Source: Candidatus Gottesmanbacteria bacterium | GTDB lineage: Bacteria; Patescibacteriota; Microgenomatia; UBA10105; UBA927 | Reading direction: 5' to 3' | DNA: 55,006 bases | NCBI GenBank assembly: GCA_023245355.1 | Contig: JAHFKN010000003.1 | Coordinates: 1 to 55,006 of the forward strand | Shown: piece after piece, positions 30,901 to 39,163 of the stretch | Layout: each line of letters starts with the position of its first letter | How positions within the stretch are numbered: position 1 is the stretch's first letter | Position numbers and translations under genes: made by a program | Notes under the pieces: generated by a model | Seen by the model: only the letters and a program-made list of their open reading frames with translations | The model's database searches: none | What the model was told of the DNA's origin: nothing

Positions 30901-32226
30901 AAAGCAGGGGATTTGCTCAGCCCGTCGGCCATACCGGGAGTGGCAATGAAAGCGACTAAAGCAGGGCAGGTTATCGGTCAGGCGCTGCAGGATTTCAGCT
31001 ATCCGGACGGTGAAGTAGGCTTGGTCGTCGCGTTTGTGAAAACGGATTATTCCTTAGGTAGCAACCTCACCGACTTATTACCGGGACTTACTGCATCGCA
31101 GGAAGTGCCGCTTGGGAAACTCGCGCTGGCATACTTTATGTCCCAAAAGGAACAACTCCAAACCTCGGTTACTCTGTCGGAAATTGTGACTGACAGGGTT
31201 TCAGCAGGACTGGAAGTCATCTCTCCGAAAATCGTCGTTGACGAACTGATTGCGCGTTCCATCCAGCCGGTTGAAAAAGACCTGACAGTGACACTCGGTG
31301 CCGATGGCACGTTTATTCTGACCGGTGGTCGGACCGATGCGACGTCTTCGGCACAGCCGGTTATTACGTTTGACAGCTTCGGTAATGCGTTTTTTGCCGG
31401 AACCGTCACTGCGGATACACTATCCGCCAGACAGATTGTCGGATTAGACTTTGCCACACAGGCAAGTGTATCTGCGGAAGCATCCTCATCTGCAAATATA
31501 TTGTCTTTCATGTCTTTTATACAGGATTCGATCACATTTATTACCCGCGTCGTATTCCGGTCTCCGGCAGAGTTTTTGGCAGATGTCGTGTTCCGCGGAC
31601 GTGTGGTGTTTGATAGAGATACGGCCGGCCGGGCGGTAATTCCGGCCAGCACGTCTTCGGTGACCGTCGTGTTCGATCGTCCGTTTGCCGAGCCGCCGGT
31701 CGTCACGATTTCATTAACGCTTAAGGAAGCAACTGACAGCGCATTCTTAGCCGATGCAGTCAGGGCTGCCGTTGCAAGCGTTACCCGGGAGCAGTTTACT
31801 ATTATATTGGATACATCCGTACCCCGGGATCTTACATACAGCTGGGTAGCACTTGCCGTCACCAACGCCAGGAGTGTTGTCGGAAAAAGGCTGGGAGAAG
31901 GAGGAACTGTAGCAGGGAGTAATATAGAGAATATACCGTTGACCCCCACGGGTATGCCTGCAACTCCGGCACCGACATTTATCCCGACGATGACGCCGAC
32001 GCCTACCGTGATAGCAAGCAGTTCAGGTCAGACGGTTACGGTGCGCGCAAATGAGCCGGGATATGCGCGCATGTTTGAGAATCCTTCGGAAGGTGCATCA
32101 GAATCCGGCCGCATTCCGTCCGGTATGGTTGTATCGTATACAGAAATGCAGGACGGGTGGTATCATGTCATATACGAAGCACTTACAGGATGGTTGAGCG
32201 GAGCATCTGTTTCTGTGAATCCATAA
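24994..32226 (+). CDS. Giant membrane-anchored collagen-like fibre protein (~2410 aa) with Peptidase_G2-like, lectin-like and SH3b domains
   Basis: TAATG stop/start overlap with the upstream gene; N-terminal TM; Gly-X-Y tract; ADLAE...GDVV...LGVVST...[12 protein letters not shown]...GDLL; [13 protein letters not shown]...YSWVA; C-terminal GWYHV...GWLSG. Confidence 0.9.
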   Translation: MTPTQKQKLIRLKSAHGGFLAEMGFPRPGGPVSFWGTQLILPVLFFIVFGGTAWGIVTVIQQKNLPQPQVRVAESGAGPTIHALTPAVVRESKWARPFVVLVQRADGSFAYAYVENALVANGAYVGDITVRYTNGEHGIVRSENGIFRFFLTKRGLSESVRIIEPVISGITLPDHSILLAKFTDGRIIGEQLTGQFTAVTVSENLQISGNLSADGEFISLTLEPTLKSLDTGMAMIQREVLKMALAGTGDSSSVLGITTDTAENVNIPILSSNISSNMIIQRFDGEGVIRIVTRSNNIDQSITNTQNLNLSSDSNTNNQSSQLALNQGFYPSSGGSAGVAGATGATGAQGIKGDSGANGSQGSNGTNGPTGASGVGELGPIGPTGATGTGGSGSGDPGADGPTGSTGATGITGVTGVSGPTGATGSTGNAGAAGPTGNTGSTGGAGPTGSTGATGTAGVTGPTGSTGSTGVGGAAGPTGASGATGVAGATGPTGSTGATGIAGVSGPTGSTGSTGAIGPTGSTGLTGISGETGPTGASGSTGTQGAVGFSGPTGSTGATGSAGANGPTGASGSTGSQGAAGPTGSTGSTGTAGANGPTGASGSTGSQGVAGPTGSTGATGSAGVSGPTGSTGSTGVAGTAGPTGSTGTTGTQGASGPTGSTGSTGNQGSVGVSGPTGSTGATGGVGVSGPTGSTGSTGTVGSSGPTGSTGTTGQGGPTGATGPTGSQGGAAGASGPTGTTGATGLQGASGPTGATGPTGEIGVSGPTGSTGATGSAGSSGPTGSTGSTGSIGVSGPTGASGATGAAGASGPTGASGATGTAGSAGPTGSTGATGNIGSSGPTGSTGATGSAGTSGPTGSTGSTGSAGSSGPTGSTGATGSVGSSGPTGSTGSTGNQGSVGSSGPTGSTGATGTVGESGPTGSTGSAGTVGSSGPTGSTGATGGIGASGPTGATGSTGTQGSAGIDGADGPTGSTGATGGIGASGPTGSTGSTGAQGSLGPTGATGTTGSQGLQGSSGPTGSTGATGVAGVTGPTGSTGATGTQGSSGPTGSTGSTGSIGLSGPTGASGSTGSAGQAGSSGPTGSTGPTGASGVSGPTGSTGVTGSAGAAGPTGASGATGTAGGAGVSGPTGSTGATGNAGAAGPTGASGATGSVGVSGPTGSTGATGSAGANGPTGASGSTGAQGSAGPTGSTGATGTAGAAGPTGSTGSTGNAGTAGVSGPTGSTGATGTVGESGPTGSTGSAGTVGSSGPTGSTGSTGTQGVSGPTGSTGSTGGIGVSGPTGATGTTGSQGSQGSSGPTGSTGSTGSAGAAGASGPTGASGATGTAGSAGPTGSTGATGSAGVAGPTGPTGSTGSTGSAGPTGASGATGTAGSAGVSGPTGSTGATGLQGTSGPTGSTGSTGSIGVSGPTGASGATGAAGASGPTGASGATGTAGSAGVSGPTGSTGATGTAGAAGPTGASGATGTAGTAGVSGPTGSTGATGTAGAAGPTGSTGSTGTAGTAGVSGPTGSTGSTGSAGAAGPTGSTGTTGSNGPTGATGSTGSVGAIPDNSLDVSKWSATSALNISKAITFGGAALGLTFTNDGSGNFLVNTSSTGDFLVQDNGVNAIQVDGNGGAINIGAAGLVTIDAGSAGVNVGTSANAQTVTVGNVTGATAVNINTGTGGINFGDNANTKTIDIGGVTNSGTDTINIATQGTAADVVTIGNSNASTTVAITGGSAWSITAAGVLTVASCTGCGGGGAPDTASFVDTSPAAMADNDTTELFNDATKPNITTDSTSATVLVSVVVTDASATSTDDEFDAIRIVREVNGTDPSCSADPQVGSIMQGGFVTAATHPWSASGTFLDSPATAGVIKYTVCTSAQSVGTVDNTPTSVEVTLVELGADLAENYYTSDDSIGPGDVVVIDPSLPAGVKKASTPYDAKALGVVSTVPGITLDDAIGLGYGRPVPVALAGRIPVKVSTENGRVKAGDLLSPSAIPGVAMKATKAGQVIGQALQDFSYPDGEVGLVVAFVKTDYSLGSNLTDLLPGLTASQEVPLGKLALAYFMSQKEQLQTSVTLSEIVTDRVSAGLEVISPKIVVDELIARSIQPVEKDLTVTLGADGTFILTGGRTDATSSAQPVITFDSFGNAFFAGTVTADTLSARQIVGLDFATQASVSAEASSSANILSFMSFIQDSITFITRVVFRSPAEFLADVVFRGRVVFDRDTAGRAVIPASTSSVTVVFDRPFAEPPVVTISLTLKEATDSAFLADAVRAAVASVTREQFTIILDTSVPRDLTYSWVALAVTNARSVVGKRLGEGGTVAGSNIENIPLTPTGMPATPAPTFIPTMTPTPTVIASSSGQTVTVRANEPGYARMFENPSEGASESGRIPSGMVVSYTEMQDGWYHVIYEALTGWLSGASVSVNP
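25996..29643 (+). repeat. Collagen Gly-X-Y repeat tract (~405 triplets; [15 protein letters not shown])
   Basis: 3648 nt of near-continuous GGN-NNN-NNN periodicity with only a few register breaks. Confidence 0.97.
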
Positions 32227-32272
32227 TCATTTTGTTGAAAATACCCGGGGAACGTGATTTATAATGAAAAGT

Positions 32273-32950
32273 ATGTTTAAAATCCCGAACCGCATTATTG
32301 TAATTTTTTGCTTTGTCATTGCACTTCTTGCCGTCGGGTCCTCAGTGTTTTTTTATACCAAATATCAGTCTTTGGCGAAAAAATCCGCGTCGAACAGTAA
32401 AGATGATGTCGCGATCACGGTTGCGGCTGTCGGTAAACTTATGTTGCTTCCGTCTGATGAAATACCGACGGTCGCGACGGTGTCAGATGCAGAAAAGCTC
32501 AAAGGTCAGTCTTTTTTTGCTGCGTCCCAAAATGGTGACAAAGTCCTTATTTTTACGCAGGCAAAGAAAGCAGTACTATACCGGCCGTCTTCCAATATGA
32601 TTATCGATGTGGCTCCCGTGAATCTTGGTACGGATGCCAGTGCGTCCGCAACACAGAAAGAATCAGCTCCGACGTTTGTCTTATATAACGGTACCAATGT
32701 GACGGGACGCACCAAAGCATACGAAGTAACACTCAAGGGGTTGATAGCAAACGCGGTTGTCGTAAACCGCGATAATGCCGGCAAAAGGGATTATGCCAAA
32801 AGCGTCATTATTGACCTGACGGGGACTAAATCCGCACAGGTGTCTGTATTTGCCAAAACGCTGGGACTGGACGTGAGTACGTTGCCCGAAGGGGAAACCA
32901 AACCTGACGGCGCTGACTTTCTTATTATTTTAGGTGCTGACAAGAAGTAG
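32273..32950 (+). CDS. Membrane protein with CPR-type domain and LytR_C-like C-terminal domain
   Basis: N-terminal TM; VGKLMLLPSDEIPTVATV...FF...NGDKVLIF; LYNGT...G...NA...DFLIILGAD (LytR_C-like). ATG 7 nt after TATAAT. Confidence 0.8.
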   Translation: MFKIPNRIIVIFCFVIALLAVGSSVFFYTKYQSLAKKSASNSKDDVAITVAAVGKLMLLPSDEIPTVATVSDAEKLKGQSFFAASQNGDKVLIFTQAKKAVLYRPSSNMIIDVAPVNLGTDASASATQKESAPTFVLYNGTNVTGRTKAYEVTLKGLIANAVVVNRDNAGKRDYAKSVIIDLTGTKSAQVSVFAKTLGLDVSTLPEGETKPDGADFLIILGADKK

Positions 32951-32962
32951 TATACTGTCGGT

Positions 32963-33358
32963 ATGGAAAAAAAATCTGTTATCGTGGCGTTTCTTGTTCT
33001 TTCCCTGCTTGCCGTGGGCGGATCGAGCGCAGGGATATACTATTATTTCCAGTATCAGGCGCTTTCACAGCGTGTAAAAGATCCGCAGGGAGAAGTAAAA
33101 GACATACTGAGTAAAGTGGGAAAGCTTATTGAATTGCCGACCGGGGAAGAGCCGACCATCGCCACGGTCCAGGATGCCGAGCGGATTAAATCCCAGCCGT
33201 TTTTTTCCAAAGCACAGAACGGGTACCGGGTCATTCTGTATTCCAACGCAAAATTGGCGATTCTTTTCGATGAGAAGGGCAATAAGATTATTAATGTCGG
33301 AGCTATTAACCTGAGTACGCCGTCAGCGGCACAGCCGGAGCTTTCACCCACTCCGTAA
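32963..33358 (+). CDS. Paralogue of the upstream gene lacking LytR_C
   Basis: VGKLIELPTGEEPTIATV.DAE.IK.QPFF..AQNG.RVILY aligns with 32273..32950. Confidence 0.8.
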   Translation: MEKKSVIVAFLVLSLLAVGGSSAGIYYYFQYQALSQRVKDPQGEVKDILSKVGKLIELPTGEEPTIATVQDAERIKSQPFFSKAQNGYRVILYSNAKLAILFDEKGNKIINVGAINLSTPSAAQPELSPTP

Positions 33359-33406
33359 CCCGCTGCCCGCTTGGTTTTTGTGCTCAAGTAGGCTACAATC
33401 TCTAGT

Positions 33407-33745
33407 ATGCAAAATTTCCATGATCAAAAGCTCTGGCAGGATGCGTTCGTCGTATTAATGGAGGTCCATGACACGTTCGACGACATGCGCGATGGTGCAA
33501 ACGAAGAAATTGTCGAAGATGTCATTGAAAGTTCAACAGATGTCGCGGCAAAAATCGCAGACGGATTATCCCGCGCCGACAGGAGATTCGGTCGTCAGGT
33601 ATTGCTCGACGCGATCGGTATGGTGGCAATGGTGCGCACGCATTTGGCAGTGGCATGGGGCCGGGGACTGGTGTCCGACGATATGTTTAAATCCATGGAC
33701 GATAAATACGCGGCACTGACTGAGAATCTTCAGCGCGCCAGATAA
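33407..33745 (+). CDS. Four-helix-bundle protein (23S rRNA-IVP-like family)
   Basis: F.DQKLWQ.A, S..VAAKIADG.SR, A.G....RTHL.VA..RG. Confidence 0.75.
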   Translation: MQNFHDQKLWQDAFVVLMEVHDTFDDMRDGANEEIVEDVIESSTDVAAKIADGLSRADRRFGRQVLLDAIGMVAMVRTHLAVAWGRGLVSDDMFKSMDDKYAALTENLQRAR

Positions 33746-33821
33746 TCCGGTGACGGGATTTTTGTCCGGAGTTTTAATTTCCCCCTTTACAATGATTTCT
33801 TCCGTGCGGTAGCCTGATGCT

Positions 33822-34466
33822 ATGTCTGAAATTGATGTGATCCCGGAGATGGCGGAAACAGCGTGGGATGCCTTTGAAAAAAAGGTTGCGATGGTATCGC
33901 ATGCCGCTTCCTGGATTCATGTGAGTGTTTCCGACGGGACGATGGGAGCCCCGGCGACACTTGTTGATTTTTCCCGTCTTCCGGCACTCCGCGAGCTGTA
34001 TCCGAAACTTTCGTTTGAAGCCAGGATACTCTCGGCCACCCCGGAAAAGTACATCCGTCCGCTTGCAGATGCCGGATTTACCAGGCTTTTTGCACATGTT
34101 GAGAGCAATGATCCGCGGATGTTTCTGGAGTCAGCAAAGTTTGACGATATAGAAGTAGGTATTGCGGTTGATGGGGCTACGGAAATCGACCAGGTTGAGC
34201 CTTTTTTGGAGGAGATTGATTGTGTCGCCGTGATGACTGCAGAGGCAGGAACGACGGGAGGGGCATTTCTTCCGGAAGCGGTAGAAAAAATCAAGCTTAT
34301 CCGTCAGAATTTTCCGGATTTACCCATAGAAGCCGTGGGCGGAATTACGGACGTAACGGTAAAAACCGTAAAAGATGCAGGCGCAACACGGCTGGTATCC
34401 AATAATTTTATATTCGGCAGCGGGGAAGACGTATCTAGCCGTATTGAAGCGCTGCAATCTGCTTAA
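33822..34466 (+). CDS. Ribulose-phosphate 3-epimerase-like protein with substituted metal ligands
   Basis: RPE layout (WIHV..SDG, HVE, VM..EAG..GG.F.PE..EKI, IE.VGGI, AGA..LV), but HxD->HxS, HLM->RIL and DGG->VGG. Confidence 0.8.
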   Translation: MSEIDVIPEMAETAWDAFEKKVAMVSHAASWIHVSVSDGTMGAPATLVDFSRLPALRELYPKLSFEARILSATPEKYIRPLADAGFTRLFAHVESNDPRMFLESAKFDDIEVGIAVDGATEIDQVEPFLEEIDCVAVMTAEAGTTGGAFLPEAVEKIKLIRQNFPDLPIEAVGGITDVTVKTVKDAGATRLVSNNFIFGSGEDVSSRIEALQSA

Positions 34467-34487
34467 GATGTACCGGGGTGCGGAATA

Positions 34488-35201
34488 TTATTCCGTACTG
34501 CGGACGGCACGCGGGTGTTCCGCTTCACTTTGTTTTTTTCCCAGGACGATATCGATGGCGTGCGATGTGCCGATACGGGACACGCCCGCATTCAGGAACT
34601 GTTCCGCTTCTTCCCTGGTGTCTATGCCTCCCGCGACTTTTATATTCATGCCGGGTACTGCCTCTTTTACGATGGCGACGTCTTCAAGTGACGGACTGCG
34701 CGGACCCATACCGGAGCCGATTTTTACGAAATCAGCGCCTGATTGTTGGATACATTGGGCGACATCCTGCATCGCTTCTTTTTTGTTGGGGAGTGAATCA
34801 AAATATCCGGGATCGAGGATAAATTTTACGACGACCGGCTTGCCGTAGATACGGGCCGATTCGACAATGTCCGTCATTTCCTTTATAAACCCGGCTTTAT
34901 CACCGCTTATGTAGACCCCCAGATTCGGTACAACATCGAGTTCATCTGCTCCGTCGCTGACGGCGCGGTTGGCGGCGGCCATTTTGACTGTTGATTCGTC
35001 TTGTCCCAGCGGGAAAGAGATGACACATCCGATTTTTGCGTGGCTCCCGAGCAGTGATTTGGCAAGCGCCACATAGGAAGGATTTACAAACGCCGTATGA
35101 AATCCGTATTTGACGACACTTTCACACAGTGCACGGATATCATCGGGAGTAGCATTGGCATGGTGGTTGGCAAAATCGAGGTTCTGAGCTATGGCAGGCA
35201 T
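34488..35201 (-). CDS. deoC: Deoxyribose-phosphate aldolase
   Basis: VISFPLG, GADELDVV, VKFIL, GADFVK (Schiff-base Lys), IKVAGGI, RIGTS. Confidence 0.88.
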   Translation of the reverse strand: MPAIAQNLDFANHHANATPDDIRALCESVVKYGFHTAFVNPSYVALAKSLLGSHAKIGCVISFPLGQDESTVKMAAANRAVSDGADELDVVPNLGVYISGDKAGFIKEMTDIVESARIYGKPVVVKFILDPGYFDSLPNKKEAMQDVAQCIQQSGADFVKIGSGMGPRSPSLEDVAIVKEAVPGMNIKVAGGIDTREEAEQFLNAGVSRIGTSHAIDIVLGKKQSEAEHPRAVRSTE

Positions 35202-35273
35202 AGTACTCAGTATAGCGGATCGGAACCCAAACAGATACTCCCCTGTACTGTGTAAGAAGTATGCGCGCCGTTA

Positions 35274-35615
35274 TTATGCGCCGATACCGCGTCTTGTTCT
35301 TACCCGCGGCTGTCTTCTGAGCATCAGAAGATAATCTTCTCTGGTGATTTGCCGGGGGAGGAGTTGCTGCGGGTGGCCGTCGTGGTCCATATTTTCATAA
35401 TAAATCGTGACGTTTGCACCTTCATCGACGACGCTCATAATCTCGGCTCCCGTCTCGAGGTCAAATATCGGCATCTGTCCGCTGATCGGGCCGGAAGATG
35501 ATAAATCCCGTCTGAATCTGGGGGTACGCGTGCGGGCAGGACGGGGATCATTATCAATAAGGCCTGGGAGGACCGCCTGTATGAATCCTTTTAACCGTTC
35601 TGTCGTCCGTTTCAT
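35274..35615 (-). CDS. Hypothetical protein
   Basis: MKRTTERLKG..., ATG 9 nt after TGGTATAAT. The longer track ORF overlaps coaD antisense. Confidence 0.55.
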   Translation of the reverse strand: MKRTTERLKGFIQAVLPGLIDNDPRPARTRTPRFRRDLSSSGPISGQMPIFDLETGAEIMSVVDEGANVTIYYENMDHDGHPQQLLPRQITREDYLLMLRRQPRVRTRRGIGA

Positions 35616-35675
35616 TGCGCGCGTATTATACCACGGGGTTTTGTACACACGGATAAAATACAGTAGGATAAGATC

Positions 35676-36692
35676 ATGAAATACGCGTATGTATGTGTGG
35701 CAGGCACGTTTGACGGGCTCCATAGGGGGCACGAAGCGCTGCTTAAGCGTGCATTCGGCGTGGGGGAACGTGTGCTCATCGGACTTACATCGGAAGCATA
35801 CCTTACACAATATAAACCTGTGAGTACTGCTGCTTTGTATGAAACGCGCCGTCGCGCTTTGGAGCAATGGGTTGCAACACAGGGGTATGCTAATCGTGTA
35901 ACGATCGTGCCCATTAACGATCCGTTTGAGCCTGCAATATCCGACCCCATGCTTGATGCCATAGTTGTTTCGGAGCAGACCCGCGCGCGGGCAGAGGAAG
36001 TGAACCGTATGCGGGTACGAAACGGGTGCAAACCCCTGATGTTTTCCCTTGTTCCGATGGTGCACGCGCAGGATGATAAGCCGATATCGACGACGAGAGT
36101 GAAGTCGGGAATCATAGATCGTTTCGGCCGGCTTACGATGCCGGATTCACTCAGAAATGACCTGGCTCTTCCGTTGGGAGTCGTGTTAACCGGCACACAA
36201 ATAAAGGAGTCGATGCTCGTGTATAAAGACCGCACTATTATCTCTGTGGGGGATCTGACTACAAAGACGGTATTAGAAGCCGGAGTTACTCCGCTTCTTA
36301 TGATTATCGATAATAAAGTAAACCGGATGGAATTTCATGAGCTAGCGCCCATAATTATACGAAGAGATTTTCGTAAACAGACGGTAAAAAGCGGTCCCGG
36401 ATTTATCAGCAGTGAGGCGATTGATCAAATACGACGGGTAGTATCTTCAGCTGACAAATCCCCGGTTGTGCTTGAGGTAGGCGGGGAGGAAGATCTGTTG
36501 GCACTTCCTGCCATTATCGAAGCCCCGATAGGCTCCGTGGTGTATTACGGTCAGCCGCCGGTTCCCGCATGGGCCCGCTTCGACTCAGCGAGGCGAGCCT
36601 GCGGACCGGATACGTCGGGAGTTGTTGAGGTGGTTGTTACAAGCGAGAAAAAAAAGGATGCTGAGGTTTTGCTGGGGCAGTTTATCCGATAG
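35676..36692 (+). CDS. coaD: Archaeal-type phosphopantetheine adenylyltransferase fused to DUF359 GTP-dependent dephospho-CoA kinase
   Basis: AGTFDGLHRGH, IGLTS, DAIVVS, ISTTRV (PPAT); then ISVGD, IIDNKVNR, PGFIS, GEEDLLALP, VYYGQP (DUF359). Confidence 0.88.
   Translation: MKYAYVCVAGTFDGLHRGHEALLKRAFGVGERVLIGLTSEAYLTQYKPVSTAALYETRRRALEQWVATQGYANRVTIVPINDPFEPAISDPMLDAIVVSEQTRARAEEVNRMRVRNGCKPLMFSLVPMVHAQDDKPISTTRVKSGIIDRFGRLTMPDSLRNDLALPLGVVLTGTQIKESMLVYKDRTIISVGDLTTKTVLEAGVTPLLMIIDNKVNRMEFHELAPIIIRRDFRKQTVKSGPGFISSEAIDQIRRVVSSADKSPVVLEVGGEEDLLALPAIIEAPIGSVVYYGQPPVPAWARFDSARRACGPDTSGVVEVVVTSEKKKDAEVLLGQFIR
36572..36599. repeat. Short palindromic in-frame insertion in coaD-DUF359
   Basis: GCCCGCTTCG-ACTCAG-CGAGGCGAGC hairpin flanked by GCC...GCC; the 24-nt unit encodes RFDSARRA. 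Confidence 0.5.
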
Positions 36693-36707
36693 GGGGATGC
36701 TTTTCTC

Positions 36708-37793
36708 GTGGTATATCCGTCTTTAGATATGTTTCGCTTGTTTATTAGGTGCATAGTTATAGTAGTGGTTTTTTTGGTGGGCACAATACTTCTCTTTGAA
36801 GGTATTTTACGTGTAAAATACAGCTCTATTCCGATAACGCATGAATATTTCCTCACAGCGGACGGGATGAGAAAGAGCGCTGAGTATATTTTCGAAAAAA
36901 CTCAGATTCCGGTGGTGACTGAAGAGAATGGGTATCATATAGCAGTCATAGGAGATTCTTTTAGTGCGTGTGGCATGTTTGTACGTTTTACCTGCTATCC
37001 GATGCTTATTCAGGCAATGCTGAATAATGAAGGAAAAAAGGTGACAATTACTAGTTACGCTGCCGGAGGGAACAATCCCGATCGTGAATTGAGATTTTTT
37101 ACCGATAAAGTCCTTCCGACACACCCTGCGCTTGTTATTTGGCAGTTTTATGCAAATGACGTGTGGGAGAACGTGCTTTTTCCGACATATACGATCTCAG
37201 CAGATCATCAGCTTACGAAAATTTCAGGTGCTGAAAATTGGGCATACAAACGGCAGGTATTTTTTGAAAAGCTTCCCATGAAGCAGTTCATGCTGCGTAC
37301 GTTTGTCGTGCGTTTTGTGCTTCGCATGTTTGAACACAGTAGGTATTATTATTCTCAGGGGAATGATGAAGATCGGATTGCGTGGGGTTTGGAAAAAATA
37401 CGGTTAGAAATTGAAGAGATGAATCGTTTAGCCGGTATATACGGATTTAAAGTGCTGTATTTTCAGATACCGTCCCAATCGATATATTTAGACGATGTAC
37501 CGCCGCCGGAATACCGTTGGATACGCGGACATAATACCCAAGTATATACAGCAATTGAAGAGGTACTTAAAAAGCAGGATGGATACGTCCCAGTGCAATT
37601 TACTACCCTTACGTCTTCAGAAAGCGGCGTGCTTGGTGCGGCATCCGAACCGGTTCAGGATCGTTATTATATGCATGAGGACGATGCTAACATTCTCGGG
37701 GATAAACATTTGAATCAGGCCGGATACCAGGTGGTTGCGGATCATCTCCTGAACGGGATACACTTATTGACACAGGACAGTCGTTTTCAGTAA
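36708..37793 (+). CDS. Membrane-anchored SGNH/GDSL hydrolase
   Basis: N-terminal TM; IAVIGDSF, AAGG, FYAND, DKHLNQAGY. Confidence 0.85.
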   Translation: MVYPSLDMFRLFIRCIVIVVVFLVGTILLFEGILRVKYSSIPITHEYFLTADGMRKSAEYIFEKTQIPVVTEENGYHIAVIGDSFSACGMFVRFTCYPMLIQAMLNNEGKKVTITSYAAGGNNPDRELRFFTDKVLPTHPALVIWQFYANDVWENVLFPTYTISADHQLTKISGAENWAYKRQVFFEKLPMKQFMLRTFVVRFVLRMFEHSRYYYSQGNDEDRIAWGLEKIRLEIEEMNRLAGIYGFKVLYFQIPSQSIYLDDVPPPEYRWIRGHNTQVYTAIEEVLKKQDGYVPVQFTTLTSSESGVLGAASEPVQDRYYMHEDDANILGDKHLNQAGYQVVADHLLNGIHLLTQDSRFQ

Positions 37794-37799
37794 AGAGAT

Positions 37800-38666
37800 A
37801 TGGCCAAATATGTACCGGATATCGGTTCACGTCGCTGGGTAATTATATCGCCGGGGAGACAGATGCGGCCTAATCAGGCAAGAAAACCCCGTGCGACTGA
37901 TACTCCGGTCGTGCCGATTTGTCCCTTTTGCGTCGGAAATGAACATATGACGCCGCCGGAAGTGTACCGTATCGGAGCGGGGGAGAAGGATAAACCAGGT
38001 TGGCAGGTACGGGTGGTACCCAACAAATACCCGATCACCGATACGCACGAGGTCATCATTCACAGTGCGGACGATACAAAGGATATTGAGGATTTGCCGA
38101 TAGAACAGGTTACGCGCATCCTGACAGCGTACAGAGACCGCTACCGTGCGCATGACAACGACGGGCAGGTACTCATTTTCTGTAATCACGGATTTGCAGC
38201 AGGGGCAAGCCTTAAACACCCGCATGCACAGCTTGTCGTCGTGCCGCGGCAGATTAATCTGGATGCCGTGTCCCGCGAACCGGTCGCCAATGTCGTAGAG
38301 GAAAATAATTTTTTTATTACGTATTGCCCTGATTTTTCCCAATGGCCGTTTGAGGTCTGGATTGCGCCGAAAATAGCGGACGGGAAATTCAGTTCGGTCG
38401 CCGACAGTCAGCTGTCCGATCTTGCCGTAGTGCTTCAGGATGCGTTGCAAAGGGTCAGGGAAGCACAGAATAAGGGGTATTTACATTCCGTCCACGAGCC
38501 GGGGGTATTCGTATATAATTTCTATATATATCACGGAGAAAATTGGTTTATCCGTATTACTCCCAGGTTTGTGCACCGGGCAGGATTCGAGTTAGGTACG
38601 GGACTCAACGTCAATGTCGTAGACCCCACAGAAGCCTCAAAAATACTCCAGGAAATGGTAATTTAG
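37800..38666 (+). CDS. galT: GalT-like nucleotidyltransferase (HIT superfamily)
   Basis: CPFCVGNE, VRVVPNKYP, HEVII, NHG..AGASLKHPHAQ, AGFELGTG. Confidence 0.85.
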   Translation: MAKYVPDIGSRRWVIISPGRQMRPNQARKPRATDTPVVPICPFCVGNEHMTPPEVYRIGAGEKDKPGWQVRVVPNKYPITDTHEVIIHSADDTKDIEDLPIEQVTRILTAYRDRYRAHDNDGQVLIFCNHGFAAGASLKHPHAQLVVVPRQINLDAVSREPVANVVEENNFFITYCPDFSQWPFEVWIAPKIADGKFSSVADSQLSDLAVVLQDALQRVREAQNKGYLHSVHEPGVFVYNFYIYHGENWFIRITPRFVHRAGFELGTGLNVNVVDPTEASKILQEMVI

Positions 38667-38863
38667 ATAGCGCCTTTTTGCTGTTGGCCCAATAGCCACA
38701 GTACCGCTTCTTTCTTGTACCGTCTGTCTCCTCTGGAATTAATGCGGATAGCGGGTAACTTACCGCGCTTTCCCCAGCGTTTGATCGTAAGGGGAGATAC
38801 GCGCAATATTTTTGCTACCTCTCTGACTGTCAACAAATCCGGCCATTCATCACCTAGTGCCAT
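38663..38863 (-). CDS. Small HTH_17/BldC-like DNA-binding protein
   Basis: LLTVREVAKILRVSPLTIKRWGKRGKLPAIRINSRGDRRY; AAGGAGG RBS. Confidence 0.9.
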   Translation of the reverse strand: MALGDEWPDLLTVREVAKILRVSPLTIKRWGKRGKLPAIRINSRGDRRYKKEAVLWLLGQQQKGAI

Positions 38864-38912
38864 AACAACCTCCTTTATGTGGAGCAGGAAAACATTATCT
38901 TTTCCGATCACA

Positions 38913-38942
38913 ACAGTACATGAGAACATCAAACCTTGTCAA
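38913..38942 (-). promoter_or_regulatory. Sigma70-like promoter of the BldC-like gene
   Basis: TTGACA-18nt-TACTGT on the minus strand. Confidence 0.6.
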
Positions 38943-38967
38943 TAGGGAGTCGCAAAATATTTTCATT

Positions 38968-38976
38968 TGTGGATAA
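38968..38976 (-). promoter_or_regulatory. DnaA box
   Basis: TGTGGATAA = TTATCCACA (perfect consensus), 25 nt upstream of the -35. Confidence 0.55.
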
Positions 38977-39163
38977 GTTGTGCATGCGGGAAATAATTTT
39001 GCGACGTGTAAACGAGATGGGCGTGCTTTTCCGCGCGCCCATTGCGGGCGCAGTACGTTAGATTGGCTTTCGTGCACTGCTTGCGCAAAGTGAAAGCCGC
39101 CATCGTTTATGACTCCGGCTTGCGTTCGTATGATTATTGATATCTAATAAAAGAAGAAATGTT

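Noticed and set aside
24994-32226. Prophage tail fibre
   Set aside because: The protein has an N-terminal membrane anchor, and there are no terminase, capsid, portal or integrase genes nearby.
33407-33745. Diversity-generating retroelement (Avd-like four-helix protein) or 23S intervening sequence
   Set aside because: No reverse transcriptase, TR/VR pair or rRNA in the window; stand-alone four-helix-bundle genes are common.
38950-39130. Replication origin
   Set aside because: Only one good DnaA box, no box cluster or clear unwinding element, and no dnaA/dnaN nearby.
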